A stretch of DNA of 64,000 bases from an uncultured Clostridia bacterium (lineage in GTDB: Bacteria > Bacillota > Clostridia > Christensenellales > CAG-314): assembly GCA_947625725.1 (NCBI GenBank), contig CANQPI010000001.1, positions 106,324 through 170,323 on the forward strand, read 5' to 3'. A model generated the notes under the pieces. It was not told the DNA's origin and did no database searches. It was given only the letters and a program-made list of their open reading frames with translations. A program made the translations under genes and the position numbers. Numbering within the stretch: the stretch's first letter is position 1; each line of letters starts with the position of its first letter. Shown here one piece after another: positions 11,601 through 22,103 of this stretch.

Positions 11601-13251
11601 AGACGATGTTTACTCTTACTTTGAAATTCAAGGCTTGGCGGCGGGTTACGATCCCAACAATTATGCAAGTTACAATGGCGAATACACAGGCGAAAACGGC
11701 ACCGATACGTTGAGCATAACCTCTGCGGGTATCACGATCAACGTAGGCGGACAAACCGTCACCGTAGCGGCAAAGGACATTACCTACGATCCCATCACCT
11801 ACACGACGCGTTTGTTCTTCTTTACGGCAGGCGGGGTTGATTACGTTTTGCAACAGTACGGCGCTACCTACGACAGATTGATGCTGTTTGTCGGCGACGA
11901 GGAAACAGGTATTTTGTTTGAGCGCAACGGTTTCAAATTCCCCTCGTGGGAGAGTTTTGTCGGCACGTTTGTAGGAGAAGATCAAGATCATCAATATACG
12001 GTCGAGATCACCAAAGACGCAATATCTTTCTACATCGACGATCAATCTCAATCCGTCAAAGTTACCGACTTCGATCAATACATATATGAAGATGAAGATG
12101 GAACCTACACTCATTTGTGGCGTTTCGAGTTCACGGTCGGCGGCAAGACGTACGCGCTGACTCAGGCGGACAGCGGAATTTACTACGCGCTGTTCCTCTC
12201 CGAACTGAACTCGCAAGGCGCCGAAACCGACTTGGCAACGTTGATCCTCGATCAAACCCGCGAGTTGGACGATTGGAGTCAATATGTCGGCGAGTACAGC
12301 AACGAAGACTACACGGTAGTTATTTCCGACGACTCTATCACAATTACCCCCGACAACGGTCAAGCGACTATCATTGCCAAACAGGATATTCTGTTCCGCG
12401 GTATGTTCGACTACGAGTACGAGGAGTTCTTCTACCAGTTCCGCTTTACTTACAACGGCAAAGATTGCGTTATCGAACCGGATAACAGCGTAGAGTACAT
12501 TGTGTTGGCATCGCTCAACGCAGACGGCGAAGCGGAGTCGCAACACATGCTCATCAACAAAAATTACGCTCTGCCCCAAGACATGCAGTTCGCTTGGTTG
12601 ATCAAAACAAGCGCAAACAGCGGCTATTGGGCAGGTACGGGCACGTCCTCCGCGCAAACCCCCTACGCGCTCAAAGTTACCCGCGACCCTGTCAGCGGCA
12701 AGTACACCGTTTTGTTGAAGATCGGCAACGCCGACTTTGCAGACATCACAAACAACTTTACGTTTATGAGAGATTTGAGCCAAGTCTATGGCGAATACGA
12801 AGCGAGCATATACATAACTTGGTTCTTCAATCTCAACGGCAAAAATTGGCGTTTGATTTACAACCTTGAAATCTCTCTCAGTCAACAGTACTACGGTGAG
12901 CAATGTATCATCAGCGACGGCACCGACAGCGCCCCGCTCGGCATGACCGACGAACCTACACCCGAGTGCAAGTGGAGCGAGTACCTTGGTACTTGGAAAG
13001 CCACCGACAGCAAGGGTGTGGTGTACACGCTTGTGGTGGATGTTGACAGTTTGCACATCACCTACGGCGACGTGGACTTCACGGTCAACGCTCAAACGGA
13101 CAGTTTCCGTTACAGCGAAGGTTTGCACAAGTGGACTTAGAGAGGCTCCGACGGCAAGGTTTGGAACATTCAGGAAGACAATGGCAGACTTGATATGTGG
13201 TACGACGACGCCACCGACTTCGACGTCTATTTGGAAAAACAAGCGGACTGA
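8677..13251 (+). CDS. Large acidic modular lipoprotein 1; in-frame TAG at 13138-13140 cuts off the last 36 codons
   Basis: AAGGAGG RBS, lipobox VAAC, five InlB-B-like repeats, central domain, ~7 GxW/Y modules; frame stays open after TAG to TGA 13249-13251. Confidence 0.8.
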
Positions 13252-13307
13252 CAAGCACACGGTACAGACAACTGCAATTTCAAGTCGGTTTTGACCGACA
13301 TATCCGT

Positions 13308-13334
13308 GAGGACGCGACCGTTCGCGTCCTCTTT
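13308..13334 (+). terminator. Intrinsic terminator after lipoprotein 1
   Basis: GAGGACGCG/CGCGTCCTC stem plus TTT; same stem as at 17683. Confidence 0.75.
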
Positions 13335-13535
13335 GCTATATTGTAGCAATTGTTGTCCCCCGTCGGGCAAATGAGCCTGTCTTACGCGTACCCAAAAAGC
13401 CCTCAAAGCGGTGTAATCGCGCCGAATTTCGCAAAAAATTCAATTTTATACGCGATTTTTGCCTCAATTCGTTTTACTATTTCGTTCAAATATGATAAAA
13501 TTGTATCAAATTTTTTTATGAGGAGGAAAAATTTT

Positions 13536-16500
13536 ATGTCACGTATAAAAAAACTTATTGTGGCTGTTTTGTGCGTTGTATTGGCAGTGACGGCGTCGTT
13601 GCTGGTATTTGCCGCATGCGACAAAGACGAAACAGGCTACAAAGTTACGTTAAACTACATCAAAGAGCAGGGTAGCGTAACTGTCAGCGCACCCGCAGAG
13701 GGCAAACTGTACGACGCAAACGAGCGCGTAACCGTCACGGTCACGCCCAATGCCGACTACCAAGTTGCCGCCTTCACGGTCAACGGCACGGCGCAAGAAC
13801 TCACCGACGGCACGACCTACGCGTTCGACATCACTGCCGACACAACGATAGCGGTGACGTTTGAGCCAAAGCCCGAAACAGGTTTCAGCCTTACTCTTAC
13901 TTTTGACGATCAACAAGGCACTGTAACGGCAAGTGCACCCGCCGAGGGCGTACTGTACGACGAAAACGAGAGCGTAACTATCACGGTCACGCCCAATACC
14001 GACTACCAAGTTGCCACTTTCACGGTCAACGGCACGGCGCAAGAACTCACCGACGACACGACCTACACGTTCCAAATTACCACCGACACAACGATAGCGG
14101 TGACGTTTGAGCAAACGGGTAGCCAGGACGAATGTCCTTGGACAGACATTATCGGTATTTGGGAAAAGGAACAAGACAACGTTCTGTATCACGTTGAGAT
14201 AACCGAAACCGACGTTATCGTCAAATTCAACGGCGTTCAACAAAATGTTACCAACGTCCATTGGATAGAAGAAGAGTTAATGATCTCCATTACGATAGAC
14301 GGCACAGAGTACTTCTTGGGTGATTTCTACGGAGCGCTTGGATTTGTTGATTCCGATTGGGAGTTCGTTGTTTACCTTACCCGCGTTCAAGGCGGCGGTG
14401 ATGTCGGCGGAGATGACGACAATCTGTTCTCGGCAGAACAAATCGGCACCTATGCAGGTAGTAATTTGGGTAGCGACAAAACGATAACGGATATTACCAT
14501 TACGATTTTTGAAGACAGCATTATCATCAACGGAGAACAAATTACCGATATCGAATACGACGCTGAGTACGGAGAATGGTCTTTCGTGAGCGACGGCAAA
14601 AACTATATTCTTTCTTTCGGCGGCGGACTTGTTATTTTGTCTACCGACGATTATAGCGAGTCGTACAGTCTTCATTCCGTATCCCCTTGGCTTCAATATG
14701 TCGGCAAATTCGAAACCGACCCCGCCGAGGACGCAGAGTACGAGTCACCTCACGTTATCCTTACGATAACGGAAGACAGCATAACCGTTCAAATTGCAGA
14801 TTAAAGTTTCACCGTTCAAGCAGCGGACATTACATTTGGTTGTGAAGATTTCGGCGAGGGTTTGGTTTTCAACTTGACTTTTGAACATGATTCAACGACA
14901 TATTATGCGTATTTTGCAAGCGAAGATTTCATTAACCTTATGAATGATGCCGACGAGGACTATATCGACGCTTATCTCTATCGTGCGGGTTCGCACGAAG
15001 TTTGCGAGTGGGCGGAACTTATCGGTACTTGGACGGGCAAAGGTACGTTGGGTAGCGGTTTCAGCACAACGCCGGTTGACGTTACGGTAGAAATTACCGC
15101 AACGGAAATCACCGTAACTATCGGTCAAGACGATCCGCAAACGGCTGAGCAAATCAGCGTTAGCGAGAACGACGGATACATTCTTACGTTTACTCTTGGT
15201 CAACAATCGTACACTTTCGACGCTTATCAAGGAGATGCCACATTTACAAACGGCGACGGAACTCTCTATGTAACATTGACGTTGCAAAATGCCGAGCCCA
15301 TCGAGTGGTCTGACGCGTGGTACGGCGAGTACCAAGGCGAAAAGAACGGCACGACCTACTATATAGAGATCACGTCCGATACAGTTAACGTTACTATTGG
15401 CGACAGCGGCGCACAAAGAGCCGAAATACTCGATTTCAGCGATTATGATGGCTTTACCATTCAACTCGACGGTACGACTTACACAATTAAAAGAGTTTTG
15501 AACCCTGAGGATCCATCTGACGAAATTATCCAACAAATAAAACTTGCCGACGAAGAATTTGAATTGCAAGTGACGTTGACCCGCAAAGAGGACGACAGCA
15601 ATAAAATCGACAGCAAGTACTTCGGCACTTGGACAGGAACGGACGCAAACGAAAATGACGTAGAAATTGTTATCACAGAAAACTCCGTTACCTGGAACGG
15701 CTCGTCTGTCAACTATTGGATAACTGACGGCAATTTGTGTTTCACCCGCATTGCCGATTACACGGCAACTGTCAGCGGCGACACGTTGACATTGACTCCC
15801 GACGCAAGTTCGTTTCAAGATCCGTTTACCCTTACCAGAACGGGACAAGGCGGTGACGAAGAACCGACGTGCGAGTGGGAGTACTATATCGGCACATATC
15901 GCGGTTATGACGGAACAAACTTCTTTACAATAACAATTGATGAAGATGGAATTACTATCACTATGAGTTCTTCATTTGGACCCAGACTGGCAACAGTAAA
16001 AATTGTTGAGTATGTGAGCGACGTTGAAGGTTTCATACTCAAAATCAACGACGAAACTCGCTTGCTTCAAAGTTCGGGTGGTACCGATGAATATTCTACG
16101 TTCCTCTCATGTGACTCCGAAGACCACGAATATTCATTCTATTTATCTCGTAGTGTTGACGATTTTGAATGGACTGAGTTTTCAGAAATAGCAGGTACTT
16201 GGACCGGTACGGAAACACTCGATCAAGGTGTTATGAGTTACTCATTGGTTATCAAGGCTGACGGCACAGGTAGTGCGACCGTGACAACTGACGAGGGAGA
16301 TATGCCCCTTGAAGATGTACGTTTCGAAAACAATGGTTATATTTGCATGTACTTCTCGCTTGGGTATGACTCCTGTTTAGTACTCTACTATGATGGAAAC
16401 AACCTTTATGCTCTTGCCGGAATGATGGGTGGACCTTTGACCCTTACCAAAACAGCCGGTGGCGACGAAGATGAACCCGCCAAAATTCCCGACAAATTTA

Positions 16501-17636
16501 TCGGCGAGTACTCTGACTCGGGATACGAAGTTACTATCACAGCGGATAGCATTACGATTACGATAAAAGGCACAACCGAAACGCCGAATTCAACATATAC
16601 TGCAACCAATATCAAGGTTGACGGCAACACGATTACTTGCACGGCTATCGGCGACACCTGCACAATTACGGCTATCGGCGACGGCGACAAGGCTCAACAA
16701 ATTACTCTCCGTATTCCTTCTATCGGAACGCGCACTCTCGATCGCAAAGCCGAGAGCGGCGGCGATACCGACTTGACCGAAGAAAGTTTCTATGGCACGT
16801 TCGAAGGCAATGGCTATACGCTTGTTATATCGGCAGAGGGAGTTACTTTCAGTGAGGCAGTTGGTGGCGACTTTGAAGTAACTGCGCATAGTTTTGACGC
16901 TGCAACAGACACTTACACGTTTACAAGCATGGGAATGAACTTTACAATTACCGCCGTGTCTGACGACAACCCTGTTACCACAATACATCTTGTCTGTGAC
17001 GACGCAGGTATTGCCGTTAATCTCACCCGCACAACAGCGGGTGACGACGACACAGGCTTGACCGAAGAAAGTTTCTACGGCACGTTTGAGGGCACTGACG
17101 GCTCGTCGATTACTATTACGGCAGAGGGAGTTACATCATTTAATGTGTCTGACATTGGTGAATTTTCCGGAACATCACACGAATTTGACGCCGCAACGGG
17201 TACATACAAGTTTACGGCTAACGGAAATGACTTCACAATTACCGCCAAGTCCAACGACAACCCGATTACTCAAATACTTATTCACCATGTACAAAATCAA
17301 CTTGGAGATATGACCCTCACTCGCAAAGCCGAGGAAGAAGAGCCCGCATGCGAATGGACAGAGTACATTGGTACTTGGTCCTATACGGAAGACTATGTCG
17401 AAAGTGAGGATGAGGTATATACGGTTGTTATCTCGGAAGATGGTTTTGAAGTTAGTTGCTGTGACGTTTCTTTCACGGTAGCCGCAAAGGACATTCATTT
17501 CGACCCCAAAACAGGTTTCACTTGGACTCATGAGGGGTTAGATTATCATCTTGAAATAGAAACGGACGGTACCCTTAAATTTTATGACGACAGTTACAAG
17601 GTTGCTCCGGAAGTTGGTCTTTCTCGCGAGGCGTAA
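13536..17636 (+). pseudogene. Large acidic modular lipoprotein 2, interrupted by one in-frame TAA (14802-14804)
   Basis: AGGAGG RBS, lipobox FAAC; ORFs ending 14804 and starting 14862 share a frame and are joined by sense codons (QIAD*SFTVQAADITF). Confidence 0.8.
13680..14111 (+). repeat. Near-identical intragenic duplication of an InlB-B-like domain (period 246 bp)
   Basis: VTVTPNxDYQVAxFTVNGTAQELTD twice, with long identical DNA stretches. Confidence 0.85.
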
Positions 17637-17680
17637 CTCATTGCACAAACTTGATTAACACAACTATTTGCAATCACCCC

Positions 17681-17711
17681 AAAGAGGACGCGAAACCGCG
17701 TCCTCTTTTTT
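17681..17711 (+). terminator. Intrinsic terminator after lipoprotein 2
   Basis: AAAGAGGACGCG-AAAC-CGCGTCCTCTTTTTT. Confidence 0.85.
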
Positions 17712-17721
17712 ACGTCCGACG

Positions 17722-17905
17722 GCAAAATCTCTCGGAACAAAATCGCAAAATCTCACGGAACAAAACCTTGAAATCTCACGGAATGAAAATGCAAAATCTC
17801 ACGGAATGAAAATGCAAAATCTCACGGAATGAAAATGCAAAATCTCACGGAATGAAAATGCAAAATCTCTCGGAATGAAATCGACAAATTTCACGGAATG
17901 TATCT
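17722..17905. repeat. Tandem array of eight 23-bp units, consensus GCAAAATCTCACGGAATGAAAAT
   Basis: Units start at 17722, 17745, 17768, 17791, 17814, 17837, 17860, 17883; three central copies identical, edge copies degenerate. Confidence 0.95.
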
Positions 17906-17951
17906 GCAAAATATTCTTTCCCTCAAAACGCTTGGTTTTGCAACTACTTTG

Positions 17952-18061
17952 TTTTCGGCAAAAATACGATCTTGTCGCATTTTTGCCGAAAAATTTGTAT
18001 GCAACTGTTGATTTTTTTCTGTTTTTCGGCTAAAATAAGATTGTATCGTATTTTAGTCGGA
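17952..18061 (+). promoter_or_regulatory. Two related palindromes and promoter of the ATPase gene
   Basis: Half-site TTTCGGC(A/T)AAAATA(C/A)GA in two inverted pairs; TTGATT-17-TAAAAT at 18008-18036. Confidence 0.65.
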
Positions 18062-18069
18062 GATTTAGT

Positions 18070-19287
18070 ATGAATTACATCAAGCGAGATATGGAAAAAG
18101 CGGTAACGGAAGCGTCGCGCGAGTATAGTTGTATTTTGGTAACAGGTCCGCGTCAAGTGGGCAAAAGTACCATGTTGGAACATCTCGACCCTGCTAGAAA
18201 CAGCGTAACATTGGACGATTATTCCGAGCGACAACTTGCCTCTACCGACCCCGAAATGTTTTTGAAACTACATCAACCGCCCGTCTTGATAGACGAAGTG
18301 CAATATGCGCCGCAACTGTTTTCCTATATCAAAATTGCAATAGATCGAGGCGCAGCCCCCGGCAGTTTTTGGCTGACGGGATCGCAAAGTTTTAGCCTTA
18401 TGCGCCTTGCGCAGGAAAGTTTGGCGGGCAGAATTGCCGTTTTTTCGCTCGGGGCGTTGTCGCAACACGAGTTGTACGGGAGCGGAGAGTTGACGCCTTT
18501 CGACGCGTCGTTGGATAGTTTGCGACAAAGGATACAGCGCAACGACGTCGCCACGGTAGAGCAGGTTTACCAACGTATATGGGAGGGCGGCTTGCCGGCG
18601 TTGAACAGCGGCAAATTCACCAACAGGGATATGTACTATTCGGGCTACTTGCAAACTTACTTGACCCGTGACGTCAAGGACGAATTGGCGTTGAAGGACG
18701 ACTTTAAGTTTGCGGACTTTATCCGAGCGGCGGCGTGTCGAACGGGACAGCAACTCAACGTTCACGCTATCGCCTGCGACGTAGAGGTGAGCGACGATAC
18801 CGCCAAACGTTGGCTTGCAGTGTTGGAAAAGTCCAACGTGGTGTTTTTTTTGCACCCATATAGCAACAATTTGCTCAAACGCACGGTAAAATTGCCCAAA
18901 ATGTACTTTTTCGATACGGGACTTGTGTGCGCGCTTACCAAACACCAAACGCCCCAAGTGTTGCAAAACGGCGCGCTAAACGGCGCAATTTTGGAAAACT
19001 TTGTCGTTGCGGAAATACGCAAATCTTTCCTTAATTGCGGCATAGAGCCCTCCTTGTACTATTATCGGAACAAGGACGGTGCGGAAATCGATTTGATAGC
19101 GGAGTACAACGGCGTACTGCACCCGATAGAAATAAAAAAATCTTCCGATCCCAGCCTGAGCGTGGCAAAAAATTTCAAATTGATCGCTTCTGCGCAAAAC
19201 GCGGGTTGCGGCGCGGTGTTGTGTTTCAAAAACACTCTCACGGCGTTGAACAGCGACGTTTTTGTTGCGCCGATCTGGTGCATATAG
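18070..19287 (+). CDS. AAA_14/DUF4143-type ATPase with C-terminal PD-(D/E)xK nuclease-like domain
   Basis: GPRQVGKST, LIDEVQ, LTGSQ, ESLAGR, PKMYFFDTG, EIDLI...PIEIK. Confidence 0.9.
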   Translation: MNYIKRDMEKAVTEASREYSCILVTGPRQVGKSTMLEHLDPARNSVTLDDYSERQLASTDPEMFLKLHQPPVLIDEVQYAPQLFSYIKIAIDRGAAPGSFWLTGSQSFSLMRLAQESLAGRIAVFSLGALSQHELYGSGELTPFDASLDSLRQRIQRNDVATVEQVYQRIWEGGLPALNSGKFTNRDMYYSGYLQTYLTRDVKDELALKDDFKFADFIRAAACRTGQQLNVHAIACDVEVSDDTAKRWLAVLEKSNVVFFLHPYSNNLLKRTVKLPKMYFFDTGLVCALTKHQTPQVLQNGALNGAILENFVVAEIRKSFLNCGIEPSLYYYRNKDGAEIDLIAEYNGVLHPIEIKKSSDPSLSVAKNFKLIASAQNAGCGAVLCFKNTLTALNSDVFVAPIWCI

Positions 19288-19405
19288 ATTTTTTGCCGCC
19301 TTTTCGGCGTGTACGTTGTGCCGATAACGGCGTTGAAACCGTGAACCGTCAGACCAATACCCTTTTGCTTGACAATTTTGACGAAAAATGAAACAATATA
19401 CGTAT

Positions 19406-22036
19406 ATGAAGAAATTACGCAAAATTTTGATAGTTCTACTTTGTGCCGCGCTTGCCTCGGTATTTTTGGTCATGCTTGTCGCTTGCCGACCCGACGATAC
19501 GCCCGTCCCCAAGCCCGATCCGACCCCGACGCCGCAGGGCTACTCCGTAACCCTCGATTTTGACCAACAGCAAGGCTCGGTAACGCTCACCCCGCCCGCA
19601 AACGGCGACAAGTACGTCGCCGACGAAAACGTCACGATTACGGTAGCGGCGGCGCGTGGCTACAAAATCGCGAGCGTAACGGTAGACGGCACAAACGTCA
19701 AACTTGTCAACAACAAATACTCCTTTGCGGTCGCGCGGGATACTGACGTCGTCGTTGCATTTGCTCCGCTTACCGAGCAGGAACTTGCCATAGAAAACGC
19801 TATTTACGCAATAAAAGATTCCGCGCTGTTCGACGCGACAATGGTCGAAGAAGATCTCGACACGCACCAACAGTTTGAAAGCGTTTACAAAACCGCCTTT
19901 GACGAAACAAATCACGCCGCGCTTTTCGACTCCTATTACAACGGCGCAATTTATTCCACATTGTTGATAGCGGACGTGCAGGGCAAGGCGGCAATTGTGT
20001 CGCACGACGAATTCGGCAAGGTCGTGAGGGACGTTTCCGAAGAAGACTTTGCCGACTACGACAATCCTTTCAAGGATTTGACCTGGCAAGATTTTACCTA
20101 CAACGGCGACTCCAAGTGGAGCATTGACGATCTTGCCGTTGCGCAACGTATCGTCGCCACTCTCACAACCTACTACGAAAACGTAACTTGGTTCGAATTG
20201 ACCGTGCGGCAAGACGGTTCCGTCGGCATATTCGTCGAGTGTCAGGACGGCGCGCTGAACGTTGCGCGCACCTACGACATAACCGTCGTTACCGAGGGCG
20301 TTGACGGTTCGCTTTCCTCTCGCTTTGCCGACTACGAGGAAACGGCGGAACACGAAACGCTTCGCCAAGCGTTGCAAAATGCCGCCGACGCTACGAGTTA
20401 CACGGTCGGCTATCATAGAGTTGAGTTAGGCGAACCCGACGTTGACGGACATTTCTTCGTTACTCCCGACGGTCTGTACGAGGATCTTGTCGATTGGGAA
20501 AACGGCTACGTTACTCGTCCCGACGGCAACGTGTGGCAGTTTTTCAAAAACGACGACACGGGCGAATTCTATTTTTCGCCGGACTTTCTCAAAAACATTG
20601 ATTTGAGCGACCTCGGCGCGGATTTCGTGATACAAGAGGCGAGCCTGTCGTTGTTGCAGTATCGCGGCGACGGCGTGTTCGCAATGCGCTTTGAGGATAC
20701 CGTTATGGACGGCTACTATTCGCTGTTCCCCGGTTACTTTGCGCAATACTTTGCAACTGGCTTGGACGAACCGCGTTACTTTTCTACGGCTATCTCATTT
20801 GAGATCGAGTTGCGCGACGGCGTATTGTACCGCGTGCATTTTGTCTACGACTATTACGGGCAGATCAGCGAGGATGTTACCCTCACTTTCGGCAATTGGA
20901 ACAGTACCGAGTTGCCGATAACCCTCTCCGACGACTTTATCAACGGCACCGTCGAGGGCGACTACTGCGGCAGTTGGGCGGACGACAGTTTTGCCTACGC
21001 GCTCACCGTCACGCCTGATACCGCTCGGCTGAACGGCTACGACGCCGAGAATATTGTCAAAACGGCAAACGGCTACGAGTTCCAAGCGGGCGGCAGAACT
21101 TACCGCATGACGCTCAACGGCGACACCCTTGTGTTGCAGGACGGCTCAACGGCGGTTTATCTGCACCAAACGCAGTGCCCGTGGTTGGATTTCCTCGGTA
21201 TTTACAGCGGCGCGGACGGCAACGACGTTCCGTACAGCGTGGTGATAGGCGAAAACACCCTCACGTTGTTTGCGGGCGGAAGCATTACGACTATCGGCGA
21301 ATTCGAGTTCGGTTTCGAGTTTTCGCAACAGGAAGAAACGTATATCTACACCTTTGACTTTGTTTGCAACGGCGCGCACGCCTTTTTGTACCTCAACGCC
21401 AATCAGACCAATCAATTTGTGTACGGCGAGGACCACGACAACGACGCCGACGACAAAACGGTGGTGCTTACCATTGCCGATTGCCGCTGGGAAAAATTCC
21501 TCGGAGCATTCGAGGGGGTCGAAAACGGCGTTACTTACAGGGCTGTCGTCGCTCCCTACGGCGTGTACCTGTTTGACGGCGACGGCACAATGTACGTTGC
21601 GCAAAACATCGAGTACAACAGTTACGAGGGCTTTACTTTCGACGTGGAAGGCGCGGAGGACAGCGTGTGTTTGGGTCAAAACGGCTACACGCAAGAGGTC
21701 AAGTCCGTCGCTCTGTATTGGGAACACACCATACGTCGCAATGTGGAAATGGATCGCGTAACTGCGGGCGGAGCGGTGCATCCCACCGACGAACTGTTCA
21801 TGCAGGAGTTTTGGGGCACGTGGGTCAGCGAGGACGGCTCCGTCACCATGGTGATCACCGCCAACAAGTTGACGATAAACGGCGAGGAGATCGCCGCCTC
21901 CTACGACAATATGGGCGGCTACCAAATCAAGTGGGGCGTTTACGTGGCAATGGAAATTGCCATTTGGAAGGGCGACGGTTGGCTGGTTCTCAGCAACGAC
22001 GACACCTCGGTGGAAATGTACTTCAAAAAGGTCTAG
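19406..22036 (+). CDS. Large acidic modular lipoprotein 3
   Basis: Lipobox LVAC, Pro-rich linker, one InlB-B-like repeat, central domain, 4 GxW/Y modules; start could be 19388. Confidence 0.85.
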   Translation: MKKLRKILIVLLCAALASVFLVMLVACRPDDTPVPKPDPTPTPQGYSVTLDFDQQQGSVTLTPPANGDKYVADENVTITVAAARGYKIASVTVDGTNVKLVNNKYSFAVARDTDVVVAFAPLTEQELAIENAIYAIKDSALFDATMVEEDLDTHQQFESVYKTAFDETNHAALFDSYYNGAIYSTLLIADVQGKAAIVSHDEFGKVVRDVSEEDFADYDNPFKDLTWQDFTYNGDSKWSIDDLAVAQRIVATLTTYYENVTWFELTVRQDGSVGIFVECQDGALNVARTYDITVVTEGVDGSLSSRFADYEETAEHETLRQALQNAADATSYTVGYHRVELGEPDVDGHFFVTPDGLYEDLVDWENGYVTRPDGNVWQFFKNDDTGEFYFSPDFLKNIDLSDLGADFVIQEASLSLLQYRGDGVFAMRFEDTVMDGYYSLFPGYFAQYFATGLDEPRYFSTAISFEIELRDGVLYRVHFVYDYYGQISEDVTLTFGNWNSTELPITLSDDFINGTVEGDYCGSWADDSFAYALTVTPDTARLNGYDAENIVKTANGYEFQAGGRTYRMTLNGDTLVLQDGSTAVYLHQTQCPWLDFLGIYSGADGNDVPYSVVIGENTLTLFAGGSITTIGEFEFGFEFSQQEETYIYTFDFVCNGAHAFLYLNANQTNQFVYGEDHDNDADDKTVVLTIADCRWEKFLGAFEGVENGVTYRAVVAPYGVYLFDGDGTMYVAQNIEYNSYEGFTFDVEGAEDSVCLGQNGYTQEVKSVALYWEHTIRRNVEMDRVTAGGAVHPTDELFMQEFWGTWVSEDGSVTMVITANKLTINGEEIAASYDNMGGYQIKWGVYVAMEIAIWKGDGWLVLSNDDTSVEMYFKKV

Positions 22037-22103
22037 TGACGGAACGTTCTGCATTTTGTAAACGTGCCCGTATTGAAATAACATACCAAAGGAGAACAAA
22101 ATC

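Noticed and set aside
8887-13260. 1457-aa antisense ORF and similar long reverse ORFs over rnr, gpmI and glmS
   Set aside because: Shadow frames produced by codon bias of the sense genes; no motifs or RBS
13680-14111. DGR template/variable repeat pair
   Set aside because: Many mismatches are A/G but several are not at adenines, both copies are coding domains, and no reverse transcriptase is in the window
13138-14804. Stop-codon reassignment or pyrrolysine explaining the in-frame stops
   Set aside because: The two stops differ (TAG, TAA), and both codons end conserved genes normally here (TAG at 48265 and 49000; TAA in pgk and tpiA); no pyl genes seen
17722-17905. CRISPR array
   Set aside because: Units are head-to-tail with no unique spacers, and no cas genes are in the window
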